Under the pieces are notes generated by a model. That model ran no database searches, was not told the origin of the DNA, and saw only the letters and a program-made list of their open reading frames with translations. Positions 10,461 to 21,008 of a stretch of 64,000 nucleotides of DNA are shown here, piece by piece. The translations under genes and the position numbers were made by a program. Origin of the DNA: an uncultured Mycoplasmatota bacterium (lineage in GTDB: Bacteria; Bacillota_I; Bacilli_A; RF39; UBA660); the NCBI GenBank assembly GCA_900550255.1, contig URQZ01000002.1, positions 2,248 to 66,247 on the forward strand. Reading direction: 5' to 3'. Position 1 is the first letter of the stretch, and every line of letters begins with the position of its first letter.

Positions 10461-10673
10461 TTAGAACCCGATTATAAAACAAATCATAAAGAAAGCAAAT
10501 CCTAATAAACAAGTAAGTCTTGTTATAAATAATTCTCCGCCTCTTTCTTTTCTGTTTTGAAATAAACTATCATTTCCACCTGTCAATGCACTTGAAGCAC
10601 TCTCTGCTTTTCCAGCTTGAAGTAAAACAATAGCAATTAATAAAATTGATATTATAATTAATGCTGTTTGCAT
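10461..10673 (-). CDS. secG: preprotein translocase subunit SecG
   Basis: 70 aa. MQTALIIISILLIAIVLLQAGK...LTGG is the typical SecG pattern. Confidence 0.75.
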   Translation of the reverse strand: MQTALIIISILLIAIVLLQAGKAESASSALTGGNDSLFQNRKERGGELFITRLTCLLGFAFFMICFIIGF

Positions 10674-10727
10674 AATTATTCCTCCTAACTTCTAATAATT
10701 TACCATATTATTAACATAATTGCAATA

Positions 10728-11417
10728 TTAATTAGTTTGATAATTTTTTATTTGATTAATATTATTATATTCAATTGTAATATTATAATTATTAATACTT
10801 GGATTTATTGTTTTAATAGCCTCTGTTATATCAATTTCAACTTTATAAACGTAATCTTTATTCTCATAAGTTGTTAAAATAATATTACTTGAAACTTCTG
10901 ATTCAAAAATATTAAAATTAGAAATATAATACTCTTTTTTTATTTCGTTTCCTTCATATTCAATCGTATTTTTTAAATTATCATCAACTAAGTAATTTTT
11001 AATATTATCTAGAAATAAACTATTAAGATTAATATTTAATAAATTAGATACCACTTCATTATTTATTTTTTTATAAATAATATTATCTTTAATTGTATAT
11101 TTTTCATGAGTATTTATTATTTCAAAATCATTTACAGTTTGATATTTAATACCTTTAATATCTGTAATATTTTGATTTTCGTTAATGTTTATAGTATATT
11201 CATAATTATTTGTGTTTTCAATTTTTTGAACACTATTTAATTCTTGTGGTTTTGTATTTGTTGTAGTAACTCTAGGATTACTACAAAACTTAACCATCAA
11301 AATCAATATAAAAATAAATATTAAATATAAACTAAGTTTCATAATAGCTTTATATTTTGGATCTTTCCATGCTTTTTTAAATAATTGATAATTTTCTTTA
11401 AATTTTCCTTTTTCCAT
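10728..11417 (-). CDS. hypothetical membrane-anchored protein
   Basis: One N-terminal transmembrane segment, followed by an Asn/Ile-rich extracellular region. Confidence 0.45.
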   Translation of the reverse strand: MEKGKFKENYQLFKKAWKDPKYKAIMKLSLYLIFIFILILMVKFCSNPRVTTTNTKPQELNSVQKIENTNNYEYTININENQNITDIKGIKYQTVNDFEIINTHEKYTIKDNIIYKKINNEVVSNLLNINLNSLFLDNIKNYLVDDNLKNTIEYEGNEIKKEYYISNFNIFESEVSSNIILTTYENKDYVYKVEIDITEAIKTINPSINNYNITIEYNNINQIKNYQTN

Positions 11418-11420
11418 AAT

Positions 11421-12386
11421 TTACTCCATTATTTTACCAATTAATTCTTCTTTATTTTGAAGACCATTAATATAACTTTGAGCTGACATTTTCTTTTTTC
11501 CTTCTGGTTGAAGTTCTGTTATAACAATTTCACCATTTGATACTTTAACACCTATTCCATCATTATAAATATTAGTTATTTGACCATCAAGTAAACCTGT
11601 AAAATTATTATCTGACATATAGCATTTCCAAATTTTAATTCGTTTAGAATCTAACATTGCATAAGCACCAGGCCAAGAATTTAATCCTCTAACTTTATTA
11701 TACACTTGTCTTCTAGTTGCACTAAAATCGATTCTTTCATCTTCTTTTGTTATATTATAGGCATATGTTGCTTCATCATCATTTTGTTTAATTCTTGTAG
11801 CTGTTTTATCAACAATTGATGGTATTGTTTCTAATAGTAAATCACGTCCTATTATACTAAGTTTATCATGAAGGCTTTCTGCTGTATCGTCATCATCAAT
11901 CGCAATTTTTTTCTGTGAAATAATATCACCTTCATCCATTTCAGGACTCATATACATAATGGTCATACCTGTTTCTTTGTATCCGTCCATTATAGCATGA
12001 TGAATTGGTGCTCCACCTCTTAATTTTGGAAGTAATGAAGCATGAACATTAATACAACCATATTCTGGATAAACTAATAATTCTCTTGGTAAAATTTGCC
12101 CATAAGCACACGTTATGATCAAATTAGGATGTAATGATACAACATCTTGCCATTGCTCCTTAATATTTTCTGGTTGTAGAACTAAGGTCATATGTTCAAG
12201 AGCACATTTCTTTACCTGTGGTTCTGTTATTTTACCTTCACGCCCAACCTTTTTATCTGGTTGCGTTACAACTCCTTTTACTTCATAATTTTCAAACAAT
12301 CCTTCTAAGATAGGAACGGCAAAATCTGGTGTTCCCATAAAAACTATCTTTAAATCTTTTTTTACTTCTAAATCATCTATATTCAT
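11421..12386 (-). CDS. fmt: methionyl-tRNA formyltransferase
   Basis: LKIVFMGTPDFAVPILEGL...HASLLPKLRGGAPI. The start is moved to the ATG at 12384-12386, which has an AGGTGA ribosome-binding site. The ATG at 12422 has none. Confidence 0.9.
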   Translation of the reverse strand: MNIDDLEVKKDLKIVFMGTPDFAVPILEGLFENYEVKGVVTQPDKKVGREGKITEPQVKKCALEHMTLVLQPENIKEQWQDVVSLHPNLIITCAYGQILPRELLVYPEYGCINVHASLLPKLRGGAPIHHAIMDGYKETGMTIMYMSPEMDEGDIISQKKIAIDDDDTAESLHDKLSIIGRDLLLETIPSIVDKTATRIKQNDDEATYAYNITKEDERIDFSATRRQVYNKVRGLNSWPGAYAMLDSKRIKIWKCYMSDNNFTGLLDGQITNIYNDGIGVKVSNGEIVITELQPEGKKKMSAQSYINGLQNKEELIGKIME

Positions 12387-12639
12387 CTTATCACCTATTA
12401 TTATTTTATCATATTTTTGCATTTAAAAAAACATAAATATTTATTTATGTTCCAGGCTGTGACAAAGCCTTTTATATTTCTCCCACTAAAGTATAAAAAA
12501 AGTGCTTTTTAGGGATTAAATACCTAATATTTGCTCTTTTTTAGACATTTTAGTCCACTTTGATTTTATTAAAAAATTAATTTTTTCAAAATAGGTAGTT
12601 TGTCAACAATCTGAAAAATACACTTATTTGTGTATTTTT

Positions 12640-13845
12640 TTATGCTCCCATATCAGAAATAACATATGGATCAGTTGAAGTTCCTGTTCCACTTTTTTTA
12701 ATAACATTTGCATTTATAACAATTGTTGGATAAACAAATCTTGAATTTGCATCAATTGGTGCTGTTGATAAATTACCATCCGTATTAATAATAACGTGAT
12801 TATTATTTGAAAAATTCATTGTCCACACTGTACCAGAATTAGTAGGTGAAAGATAAGTATTACCGTTTTCATTTTTTGTTTTTAAATATTCACTAGCAGT
12901 AATAATTCCAATTTTTCCTGTGAAAATATTATTACTTTCTTCTGATGAAATAATATCATATCCTTTAGAAATATCAGTTATACCACCAACATTAAAGTTT
13001 ACATCGTTCTTAATAATATTAGAAGATAATTCATTTATTTTTGATTCTAAAGTAGTTTTTAAATCAGAAGACGATTCATATGAATTCGCATTAAAGGAAC
13101 TACTAGCTAGAAAAGTAGAATTCATTGTTTTAGCTGATGCAACAAGTTTTATTGTTTTATCACTTGTGTTAATTGAAAGTACATTCCATATCGTATCATA
13201 ACCATCTATTTTAACATAGTTTGTTGGAGTTAATCCTTGAAAGAAATATTCATTACCTAAATTAACTAATCCACTATCCGTTTTTGAAATTAATGTGTCA
13301 GTAAATATTTTATCTAATGTAATATCTTCACCTTTAGAATTTTTATTACCGCCAGTTTTTTCCAATGTATTATTATTTGATAAATATGTATAAATATACC
13401 CTTTTTTATTATTACAACCAGCCATTTCTTCTGCCCTTTTATTTTCCTTAGTATCCTTTTTAGAATAAGTATCTTTTCCATCTTCGTAAGTATATTCATA
13501 CTGATTTTTATTACTTTGATAACTAACCACAACACAGCCTGTCATTATTTTTTTATTTTTAGGATTTTCAATAAACATATCTTGTAAATAACCCTCTTTT
13601 TTCAAAGTAGTAAGGGTTAAATTTATATTATTCAAATGATATGGATCTTTTTTTAATAACTCATCCGTATTATCAACTACCCATTTTTTAGAAGCTTTTT
13701 CAATTAAATCAACTTGAATATTATATGATTTTTCTTTTGATTTATCAATAAACGATGTTACTGATGGAAAAATTATCAAATATGTAATTCCTATAATAAC
13801 AACAACAGCAAGTAACTCTACTAGTGTGAATCCCTCTTTTTTCAT
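12640..13845 (-). CDS. prepilin-type N-terminal cleavage/methylation domain protein (large type IV pilin or pseudopilin-like, 401 aa)
   Basis: MKKEGFTLVELLAVVVIIGI has the class III signal (G|FTLVE) followed by a hydrophobic helix. An AAGGAAGGTGAGAG ribosome-binding site lies 46 nt after the PBP stop, with no terminator in between. Confidence 0.7.
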   Translation of the reverse strand: MKKEGFTLVELLAVVVIIGITYLIIFPSVTSFIDKSKEKSYNIQVDLIEKASKKWVVDNTDELLKKDPYHLNNINLTLTTLKKEGYLQDMFIENPKNKKIMTGCVVVSYQSNKNQYEYTYEDGKDTYSKKDTKENKRAEEMAGCNNKKGYIYTYLSNNNTLEKTGGNKNSKGEDITLDKIFTDTLISKTDSGLVNLGNEYFFQGLTPTNYVKIDGYDTIWNVLSINTSDKTIKLVASAKTMNSTFLASSSFNANSYESSSDLKTTLESKINELSSNIIKNDVNFNVGGITDISKGYDIISSEESNNIFTGKIGIITASEYLKTKNENGNTYLSPTNSGTVWTMNFSNNNHVIINTDGNLSTAPIDANSRFVYPTIVINANVIKKSGTGTSTDPYVISDMGA

Positions 13846-13891
13846 ACTCTCACCTTCCTTTATTTTAACACTTTATAAACAATACGTAAAC

Positions 13892-16093
13892 CTAATTTTC
13901 TTTATTCACTTGAATATCATATTTTTCTTTTAACGTTATATTAATGCTTGAATTATCTGTAATTTCACTTCCAGCACCTAAGCTTTGACTTTCAACATAA
14001 CCATAACCTTCAACATTATACTTAATTTTTAACATATCACATAAGGAAATAGCATCCATTCTACTCCATCCAGTAATATCTGGCATTGTATATTTTTCAT
14101 CATTAGTCATAAGAATTATTCTATCTCCTGAAACAATTGAAGTACCTTTTTTTACTGATTGTCTAACAACTCTATCACCATTTCCAAGAACTAAGACATT
14201 AATTCCATTTGCTTCTAATTCTTGTTTAACGTTTTCAACTTTTTTACTTGTATATGATTTTACTTTAATTTTATTTAAAGTACTGTTATTTGTAACTTCT
14301 GTAAACATTTTCTTATATTTAGCTATACTTTTCATTAAATCTTTAACATTAGTTGATAAACCACTTGATTTTCCCCAAGTTGGTTTTTTCATAGCCGCAT
14401 AAATAATTATTTCTGGATCATTCTTTGGATACATACCTGCAAAAGAGAAAATATAAGCATTATCTCCCTCTATATATTTTCCGTTTTCTGATATTTGAGA
14501 TGTTCCTGTTTTTCCTATAACATCAAAACCATCAATTCGATATGGATATCCTGTCGATCCCGGATCTGTTCCTTGAATAACATTATACATTAAATCTTTC
14601 ATTTTATTAACGGTAGATGTTTTAACAAGTTGTTCACTCTCTTCTACTTTACGTTTATAATATGTTTTTTTAGTATTTGGATCTTCAATTTTCTTTACAA
14701 TATGAGGCGTTAACATTTTTCCATTATTAGAAATCAAAGTTAAAGCTTGTAATTGTTGAATTGGAGTTGCCGTTATACCTTGTCCAAAAGAAGCCGTTGC
14801 AACTTCAATTGGATAATTAAATTTAATGGAACCAGATACTTCACGAGATAATTCAATATTTGTTTTTTTACCAAAGCCATATTTATTTAAACATTCTCTT
14901 AAATCTTTTTTATCTAAATATCTATCCATAATGTTAACAACACCAACATTACTTGAATACTCATAACCTTTATCAAAAGTAATTGTTCCCCATCCATAAT
15001 CATTCCAATCGGTAACCGTATCATCACCTATTTTAAATGTTCCAGATGTATAAGTATCATTTCCATTATAATTTCCTTTTTCTAAAGCACACATATAGGT
15101 GTATGTTTTCATCGTTGATCCTGGTTCATAGGCAATTGATAATAATGGATTTTCATAATTTGTTATATTTCTTTTATTTGGATCAAAAGAAGGTGTAGAT
15201 GATGTTCCTAAGATATCTCCCGTTTTCGCATCCATAACTGATATTGTTACCCATTCTGGAGAATATTCACTATCTATTTTTTTTACGGTTGATTCTAAAA
15301 ATCTTTGAATATTAGCATCGATCGTTAAATGAATATCATAACCATTTAAAGCATCAATTGAAACTTCTTTCGCACCTGTTATTTTATATCCATATCTATC
15401 TTGTTGATATTCTAAATATCCATCTGTTCCTTTTAATAAATCATCATATTTTGATTCAATTCCAAGTTCTCCAACTATTTCTGTTTTTGTAACTTTTTTA
15501 TCATAATCATCATAACTTTGAACTTCTTTTTTCTTAGCATATCCAACAACATAAGAAGCAAAATCACCATTAGGATAATACCTTTTTTGATCTTCAATAA
15601 AATCAATTCCTGGTAAATTAAGTTTTTCTATCTCTTCTTTTTTTAATTCTGTTATTCCTTTAGAAGTACTTCCAAGTTCTACTTGATAAACTTTTTTTTC
15701 TTTTCCTTTGTTTAAGATATCTTTAAGATATGATGCATCCACTTCTAAAATAGGCGCTAAAGCGTTGGCTGTTGAGTCAACATCCACAACATGTAAAGGT
15801 TTAATAGAATTTTCACTTCTTTTTTCATTAGTATAAGCTATAACTGTATATGAACTAACATTTAAAGCTAAAACATTATCTTCAGAATCATATATAGTTC
15901 CGCGAGTTGCTGGCAAAACTTTCTTTACTGTATTTCTTTTAGCCGAAAACTCATCCATATCCTTTCCATAAACTTTATTAGATAAAGCTAAATAAGCAAA
16001 TTGTAAATACAATAAAAAAATACAAATTAAAAAGAAAGCAAACATAACAATAGGTAAATTCCATGTTTTATTTTTCTTTTTCTTTGTATTCAT
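13892..16093 (-). CDS. class B penicillin-binding protein (FtsI/PBP2B/SpoVD-like) with C-terminal PASTA domains
   Basis: Motifs SxxK (GSTMK), SSN and KTG (GKTGTS). The C-terminal roughly 130 aa look PASTA-like. Confidence 0.9.
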   Translation of the reverse strand: MNTKKKKNKTWNLPIVMFAFFLICIFLLYLQFAYLALSNKVYGKDMDEFSAKRNTVKKVLPATRGTIYDSEDNVLALNVSSYTVIAYTNEKRSENSIKPLHVVDVDSTANALAPILEVDASYLKDILNKGKEKKVYQVELGSTSKGITELKKEEIEKLNLPGIDFIEDQKRYYPNGDFASYVVGYAKKKEVQSYDDYDKKVTKTEIVGELGIESKYDDLLKGTDGYLEYQQDRYGYKITGAKEVSIDALNGYDIHLTIDANIQRFLESTVKKIDSEYSPEWVTISVMDAKTGDILGTSSTPSFDPNKRNITNYENPLLSIAYEPGSTMKTYTYMCALEKGNYNGNDTYTSGTFKIGDDTVTDWNDYGWGTITFDKGYEYSSNVGVVNIMDRYLDKKDLRECLNKYGFGKKTNIELSREVSGSIKFNYPIEVATASFGQGITATPIQQLQALTLISNNGKMLTPHIVKKIEDPNTKKTYYKRKVEESEQLVKTSTVNKMKDLMYNVIQGTDPGSTGYPYRIDGFDVIGKTGTSQISENGKYIEGDNAYIFSFAGMYPKNDPEIIIYAAMKKPTWGKSSGLSTNVKDLMKSIAKYKKMFTEVTNNSTLNKIKVKSYTSKKVENVKQELEANGINVLVLGNGDRVVRQSVKKGTSIVSGDRIILMTNDEKYTMPDITGWSRMDAISLCDMLKIKYNVEGYGYVESQSLGAGSEITDNSSINITLKEKYDIQVNKEN

Positions 16094-16105
16094 TATTACA
16101 CCTCG

Positions 16106-16402
16106 TTAATCGTTTATTACAACCACATTATCATTATTATAAGCAAGTCCCATATTCGAAACAACTTCTTTTACTTTATCAAAAGAAGTAAGTTCATTAA
16201 CTTTCATAGTTAAACTTTCATTCTTTTTTTCTTGATTATTTATTTTATATTCAAGTTGTTCAATACTCATATTCAGATGTCCAATTCCTGCTCCACAAAA
16301 TATTTTCAAAACCATTGTAAAAACAAAAGCACAAATTGCTAAACTATATAATTTTTTCTCGCCTTTTGTTATACGAGCTTTAACTTTTTTCTTTTTTTTC
16401 AT
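16106..16402 (-). CDS. ftsL: cell division protein FtsL
   Basis: 98 aa bitopic protein with a coiled coil, lying between rsmH and the PBP gene. Confidence 0.65.
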   Translation of the reverse strand: MKKKKKVKARITKGEKKLYSLAICAFVFTMVLKIFCGAGIGHLNMSIEQLEYKINNQEKKNESLTMKVNELTSFDKVKEVVSNMGLAYNNDNVVVIND

Positions 16403-16403
16403 A

Positions 16404-17327
16404 TTATCCCTCTTTTACTCTTTCAATTACCCTTAGTTTAGCGCTTCTAGCTCTTGGGTTATTTTCTATTTCTTCTTTTGTTGGTAACACTGTTTTAATG
16501 ATTTTAAATTGTGGTAAATAAGAATCTGGTATGACAGGCAATTTTTTTAATTCACTTTTGATATCACTAACTTTTTTAAATCTTTCTTTACAAATTTTAT
16601 CTTCTAATGAATGAAATGTTATAACACAAATTCTTCCATTTACTTTTAACAGTTCTAAAGCTTGATTTAAAGCGGACGAAAAAACATCTAATTCTTTATT
16701 AACTTCTATTCTAATTGCTTGAAATACTTTTCGAGCTGGATGTTTTTCACGTTTATATTTTTCAGGAACGGAAGATTTAATAATATCAACTAGTTCTAAA
16801 GTTGTTTCAATTTTTTTACTTTTTCGAACATCTACTATTCTTTTAGCAATACTAGTAGCATATTTTTCTTCACCATATTCTCTGAAAATTCTAATCAAAT
16901 CTTCTAACTGATATTCATTAACAACTTCATAAGCAGATAATTTTTGTTTTTGATTCATACGCATATCTAATCTTGCATCTTCATGAAAACTAAATCCTCG
17001 TTCTTTTTCGTCTAATTGTGGACTAGATACTCCTAAATCAAATAATATTCCATCTACTTTTGTTATTTTTCTTTTTTCTAATTCTTTTTTCATTTCAACA
17101 AAATTACTACTTATAATTTCATAATTGTTCCTTATTTTTTTTAATTTTTCAGAGCTGTTTTTTATTGCTTCTTCATCTTGATCAAATGCATAAAGATAAC
17201 CATTTGGAATGTTTTTTAAAATATTACTACTATGTCCTGCATATCCCAAAGTTGCATCAACAATAATACTATCATCTTTCAGATTTAAATATTTTATACA
17301 TTCGTTTAGTAATACGCTCTTATGCAT
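16404..17327 (-). CDS. rsmH: 16S rRNA (cytosine1402-N4)-methyltransferase
   Basis: VDATLGYAGHS...FDLGVSSPQLD...ITFHSLEDK. Confidence 0.95.
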   Translation of the reverse strand: MHKSVLLNECIKYLNLKDDSIIVDATLGYAGHSSNILKNIPNGYLYAFDQDEEAIKNSSEKLKKIRNNYEIISSNFVEMKKELEKRKITKVDGILFDLGVSSPQLDEKERGFSFHEDARLDMRMNQKQKLSAYEVVNEYQLEDLIRIFREYGEEKYATSIAKRIVDVRKSKKIETTLELVDIIKSSVPEKYKREKHPARKVFQAIRIEVNKELDVFSSALNQALELLKVNGRICVITFHSLEDKICKERFKKVSDIKSELKKLPVIPDSYLPQFKIIKTVLPTKEEIENNPRARSAKLRVIERVKEG

Positions 17328-17338
17328 TATAAGTCCCC

Positions 17339-17782
17339 CTAAATATTTAAATTTGTCGAAAATAGTTTATCAGCTATATCAGACAAATTTTCTTCATTAT
17401 TTTCAATGAAACTGTTCCAATTTTCTTTACTCCAAATTTCTAATCTCTCGTTAACACCTATAACGATACAATCTTTTAATAAATCAGAATATTTAATAAG
17501 TGGCATTGGTATATTAATACGTCCTTGTTTATCAAAGTTAACTTCTGTTGCTCCTGATAAAAAGAAACGCATGAAATTACGGGCATCTTTGGTATTAGGT
17601 AATTCTTTATATTTACTTATAACTTGATTCCATTCTTCTTTTGGATAAATAAATAAGCAATTATCCAATCCACGGGTCACAATAAAACTCTCTCCAAGTT
17701 CATATCTCAATTTTGATGGAATTGTAAGTCTTCCTTTATCATCTATTTTTTGATGATATTCCCCCATAAACATAAAAATCAC
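17339..17782 (-). CDS. mraZ: transcriptional regulator MraZ
   Basis: [20 protein letters not shown]... with duplicated MraZ domains. Confidence 0.9.
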   Translation of the reverse strand: MIFMFMGEYHQKIDDKGRLTIPSKLRYELGESFIVTRGLDNCLFIYPKEEWNQVISKYKELPNTKDARNFMRFFLSGATEVNFDKQGRINIPMPLIKYSDLLKDCIVIGVNERLEIWSKENWNSFIENNEENLSDIADKLFSTNLNI

Positions 17783-17856
17783 CCACTTTTATCCACATTC
17801 TACCACTTCATACCACTATTTTACTATTTTATAGGTATTTTGTAAATAGTTTAACA

Positions 17857-17882
17857 AAAAAAAGATAAGTTTTTCTTATCTT
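17857..17882 (-). terminator. rho-independent terminator upstream of mraZ
   Basis: The minus strand reads AAGAUAAGAAAAACUUAUCUU followed by UUUUUUUU. Confidence 0.6.
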
Positions 17883-18428
17883 TTAATACTTACTTAAAAA
17901 ATCGCCAATGTTATCAAAAATTTCATAAAAGAAATCTAATATATAATAAAATTTATTTTTAATTTTATGGTCTTTAGCATTACTAGTATCAATAATTAAA
18001 ATAAATCCATCACTACATTTTTCTATTTCAATTTTTGCATTATATCTTTTATACATTGTTTCTAAATGACTAAAGTCATAATTTTCATCAACGTATATAT
18101 ATATTGTTTTTTTATTTATGTACATACTATCTCTAACAAAGGTTTTAAAATATTTTTTTAGTTCGTCAGCATTAGCAATAATATAGTCAAATCTTCGTCT
18201 ACCAAATACCTTTCGTATTTTTTTTATAGGGATTGATTTTAATTTTTTTCCAGCTTTTCCTTTTTTATTAAGAGCATTACTATTTAATAAATCACAATTT
18301 ACAATTTTGTTATTCTTTTCTATTAGATTTAAAATATTTTCTTCAGTTATTCCTATTCCAAGTAAATTACCATCTATATTTTTTACATATGACTTTAGAT
18401 AACTATTTATTTTTTTCATTGTTACCAC
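17883..18428 (-). CDS. hypothetical protein
   Basis: 181 aa. Overlaps tcdA by 26 nt. No clear motif. Confidence 0.4.
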   Translation of the reverse strand: MVTMKKINSYLKSYVKNIDGNLLGIGITEENILNLIEKNNKIVNCDLLNSNALNKKGKAGKKLKSIPIKKIRKVFGRRRFDYIIANADELKKYFKTFVRDSMYINKKTIYIYVDENYDFSHLETMYKRYNAKIEIEKCSDGFILIIDTSNAKDHKIKNKFYYILDFFYEIFDNIGDFLSKY

Positions 18429-19107
18429 CTGTTTTTATTATATCATTTATGATATAGCTTGTACATAACAAACCAGCTGTTGCAGGTACAAAAGAATTAG
18501 AAGGAATTGTTCCTTGTACTTTTTTAATTCCTTTTTCATCACTACAAACAACCACCACTTTAGAATTTATTTTTTCATCTTTAACCATTTTTCTTATGTG
18601 TTTAGCAAGTGGATCATAACTTGTTTTTCTTATATCCATGATCTTTAGTTTTGATGGATCTAATTTATTTCCCGTTCCCATCGATGATATTAATTTAACA
18701 TTATATTTAATACTTTTTCTTATTAAATCCATTTTTGTTTTCAAACTATCACAAGCATCAACAATATAATCTAAATTATAATCAAATAAATGATCAATAT
18801 TATTCTCATCAATATATTCTTTTACTTTAATTACCTCACAGTCAGGATTTATTTTTTTAATACGTTCTTCCCAAGCATCAACTTTATATTTATCAACACT
18901 GTCAATGGTTGCAATTATTTGTCTATTTATATTACTTTCATCAATTGTATCAAAATCAACTATTACTATTTTTTTTATGCCACATCTTACTATACTTTCA
19001 GTTGCATATCCCCCTACACCACCTAAACCAACTATCATAACGATTTTATCTTGGATAAGATTTAAATTTTCATTTCCTACTAATAATTCCAAACGTTCAA
19101 ATTTCAT
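18403..19107 (-). CDS. tcdA: tRNA threonylcarbamoyladenosine dehydratase (ThiF/MoeB-family E1-like)
   Basis: IVGLGGVGGYATESIVRCGIKKIVIVDFDTIDESNINRQ is the E1-like Rossmann motif. The roughly 234 aa size is typical of TcdA/YrvM. Confidence 0.75.
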   Translation of the reverse strand: MKFERLELLVGNENLNLIQDKIVMIVGLGGVGGYATESIVRCGIKKIVIVDFDTIDESNINRQIIATIDSVDKYKVDAWEERIKKINPDCEVIKVKEYIDENNIDHLFDYNLDYIVDACDSLKTKMDLIRKSIKYNVKLISSMGTGNKLDPSKLKIMDIRKTSYDPLAKHIRKMVKDEKINSKVVVVCSDEKGIKKVQGTIPSNSFVPATAGLLCTSYIINDIIKTGGNNEKNK

Positions 19108-19163
19108 AATAACACCTCAAATATTTATCATTATTATAATATATTTTTTAATAAAAAAAAACA

Positions 19164-19673
19164 TCATTTATGAGTTTTTCTTTTGAAGATAATAACTATA
19201 TAATCAATTATCATTACAATTATTAACAAATAAGTTATATAATTTGGAATCAGATAAATAAATTTATCAAATAATGGTTGGATAACATAAATTACAAGTA
19301 CTGATCCAATCGCCCATATAAAGGATATTTCTAAAGAAATATATTTACCAATATGAAATTTTAATTTTCGATAATCCCAAAAAGTTATGTGAAAAAACTT
19401 TTCTATTAATACTCCACCTATCCATTCTATTAATGTCAAAATTATCATCATAATTATAGCTACAATTAATACTTCTAACCATTTTTTTAAAGTTAAAATT
19501 CTAAAAACTAATTTTGCTATTACTAATATTAAAACACTACCAACACCATAAATTGGTGTCCAAGGCCCATGTAATATTCCACTACCACTGTCCTCTTTAT
19601 TTATAAGATGAACAATATTTTCAATAAAAAAACCTAAAAAGGAATATAGAAAAAAACAATTGATATAGTACAT
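19164..19673 (-). CDS. integral membrane protein (possibly the pfam06541 putative ABC-transporter type IV / CmpB-like family)
   Basis: Five to six transmembrane segments. The GPWTPIYGVG motif is typical of that family. Confidence 0.4.
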   Translation of the reverse strand: MYYINCFFLYSFLGFFIENIVHLINKEDSGSGILHGPWTPIYGVGSVLILVIAKLVFRILTLKKWLEVLIVAIIMMIILTLIEWIGGVLIEKFFHITFWDYRKLKFHIGKYISLEISFIWAIGSVLVIYVIQPLFDKFIYLIPNYITYLLIIVMIIDYIVIIFKRKTHK

Positions 19674-19719
19674 ATAATCACCATAAATATTATTCCACTT
19701 ATTTTCCTTTTTATGTATA

Positions 19720-20097
19720 TTAATTAAAAGCTAATTCAACATCTATTTCTTCATCTAAAATTGCTATTGTCAAAAAGATAATACCACTTACCAAAACGAG
19801 TGCTGATCCTATAAATGAAGCATACGTTAAATTTTTCTTTTTTTGACTATCAAAAGCATTTAAACTTTTTACATCATCATAACCATCTTTCGCAAAATAA
19901 TAATAGATAATAACTAAAATTGAAAAAATTAAAATTATTAAATTTTGATATTCTTGTCTACTCTTTTCATCATTAAACAATATGAAATTTTTTTCTTTAC
20001 TATTGGCATACCAACTTAGTATTATTATTCCAATATATATTATCCATATAAAATTTTCTATTTTTATATCTTTTAATCTATCAAGTTTATCATTCAT
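19720..20097 (-). CDS. hypothetical membrane protein
   Basis: 125 aa with three predicted transmembrane segments. Confidence 0.4.
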   Translation of the reverse strand: MNDKLDRLKDIKIENFIWIIYIGIIILSWYANSKEKNFILFNDEKSRQEYQNLIILIFSILVIIYYYFAKDGYDDVKSLNAFDSQKKKNLTYASFIGSALVLVSGIIFLTIAILDEEIDVELAFN

Positions 20098-20120
20098 ACT
20101 ATATGATATTAAAAAATCAC

Positions 20121-20972
20121 CTATTTTATAAGTGATTTATCATTAATTTTAATATTAAATTGTTCTGGTATTTTAGAACTATATTTTTCTATCTTTCCTG
20201 TTATAGGATTTTTTAATTCTAAAATATTAGCATGTAAATACAATCTTTTTTCTTTCTTTTTACTACCATATTTTTTATCACCAACTATAGGATGATTTAT
20301 ACTTTTCATATGAACACGTATTTGATTTTTACGCCCCGTTTTTATATTTATTTTTAACAAACTATACAATTTGTTTTCTTTTATTACTTCATATTCTGTT
20401 ATCGCTTCTTTACCATCTTTAGAACAATAAACATATCCTTCTTTATTTTCTTTTAGTTTAGAATTAATAATACCTCTCTTTTTTTCTAAAACGCCTTCTA
20501 CGATTGCTACATAATATCTACCAATAACAAGATCATTCCAATTATTTTGATACAATTTTTTGATTTTTTCAGATTTAGCAAACATAACTACTCCAGATGT
20601 ATCCCTATCTAATCTATGAATAATGAAAATATTATTGTTTTTATTTTTTGATTTTACATATTGACTAACTTTATGATAAAGTGTATTTATTTTTTCATTT
20701 TCTGTACTAATTGTAAGTAATCCTGCCTTTTTATTTACAACTATTATATTATGATCTTCATATATTATTTCAAAATCATTTTTTAAACGATTTTTAACAA
20801 TAGCAATCATGTCACCTTTTTTTAACATGTAATTAGCATTTGTTATCGTTTTTTGATTAACACTTATCTCTTTATATTTTAATAAGTTTTTAGCTTTCTT
20901 TTTTGTCATATCATTTATGTTGTTAACTAAATAATCTAAAATTTTTTCTTCTTTTAAAGTTTTGTATTCCAT
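20121..20972 (-). CDS. RluA-family pseudouridine synthase with N-terminal S4 domain
   Basis: HRLDRDTSGVVMFAKS is the catalytic Asp motif. Confidence 0.85.
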   Translation of the reverse strand: MEYKTLKEEKILDYLVNNINDMTKKKAKNLLKYKEISVNQKTITNANYMLKKGDMIAIVKNRLKNDFEIIYEDHNIIVVNKKAGLLTISTENEKINTLYHKVSQYVKSKNKNNNIFIIHRLDRDTSGVVMFAKSEKIKKLYQNNWNDLVIGRYYVAIVEGVLEKKRGIINSKLKENKEGYVYCSKDGKEAITEYEVIKENKLYSLLKINIKTGRKNQIRVHMKSINHPIVGDKKYGSKKKEKRLYLHANILELKNPITGKIEKYSSKIPEQFNIKINDKSLIK

Positions 20973-21008
20973 ATCATCACCACTTTATCTTTTTTTGAAC
21001 ATCACCAT

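Noticed and set aside
12387-12422. Twelve-residue N-terminal extension of fmt (MQKYDKIIIGDK) in the ORF track.
   Set aside because: The downstream ATG at 12384-12386 has an AGGTGA ribosome-binding site and aligns with the canonical Fmt N-terminus (KIVFMGTPDFA). The longer start has no ribosome-binding site.
17883-19107. ThiF/E1-like gene overlapping an unknown gene, considered as a possible ubiquitin-like or CBASS-type conjugation or defence pair.
   Set aside because: The E1-like protein has the size and motifs of the housekeeping tRNA t6A dehydratase TcdA (YrvM). There is no E2, JAB or cyclase partner, so an ordinary tcdA is the simpler call.
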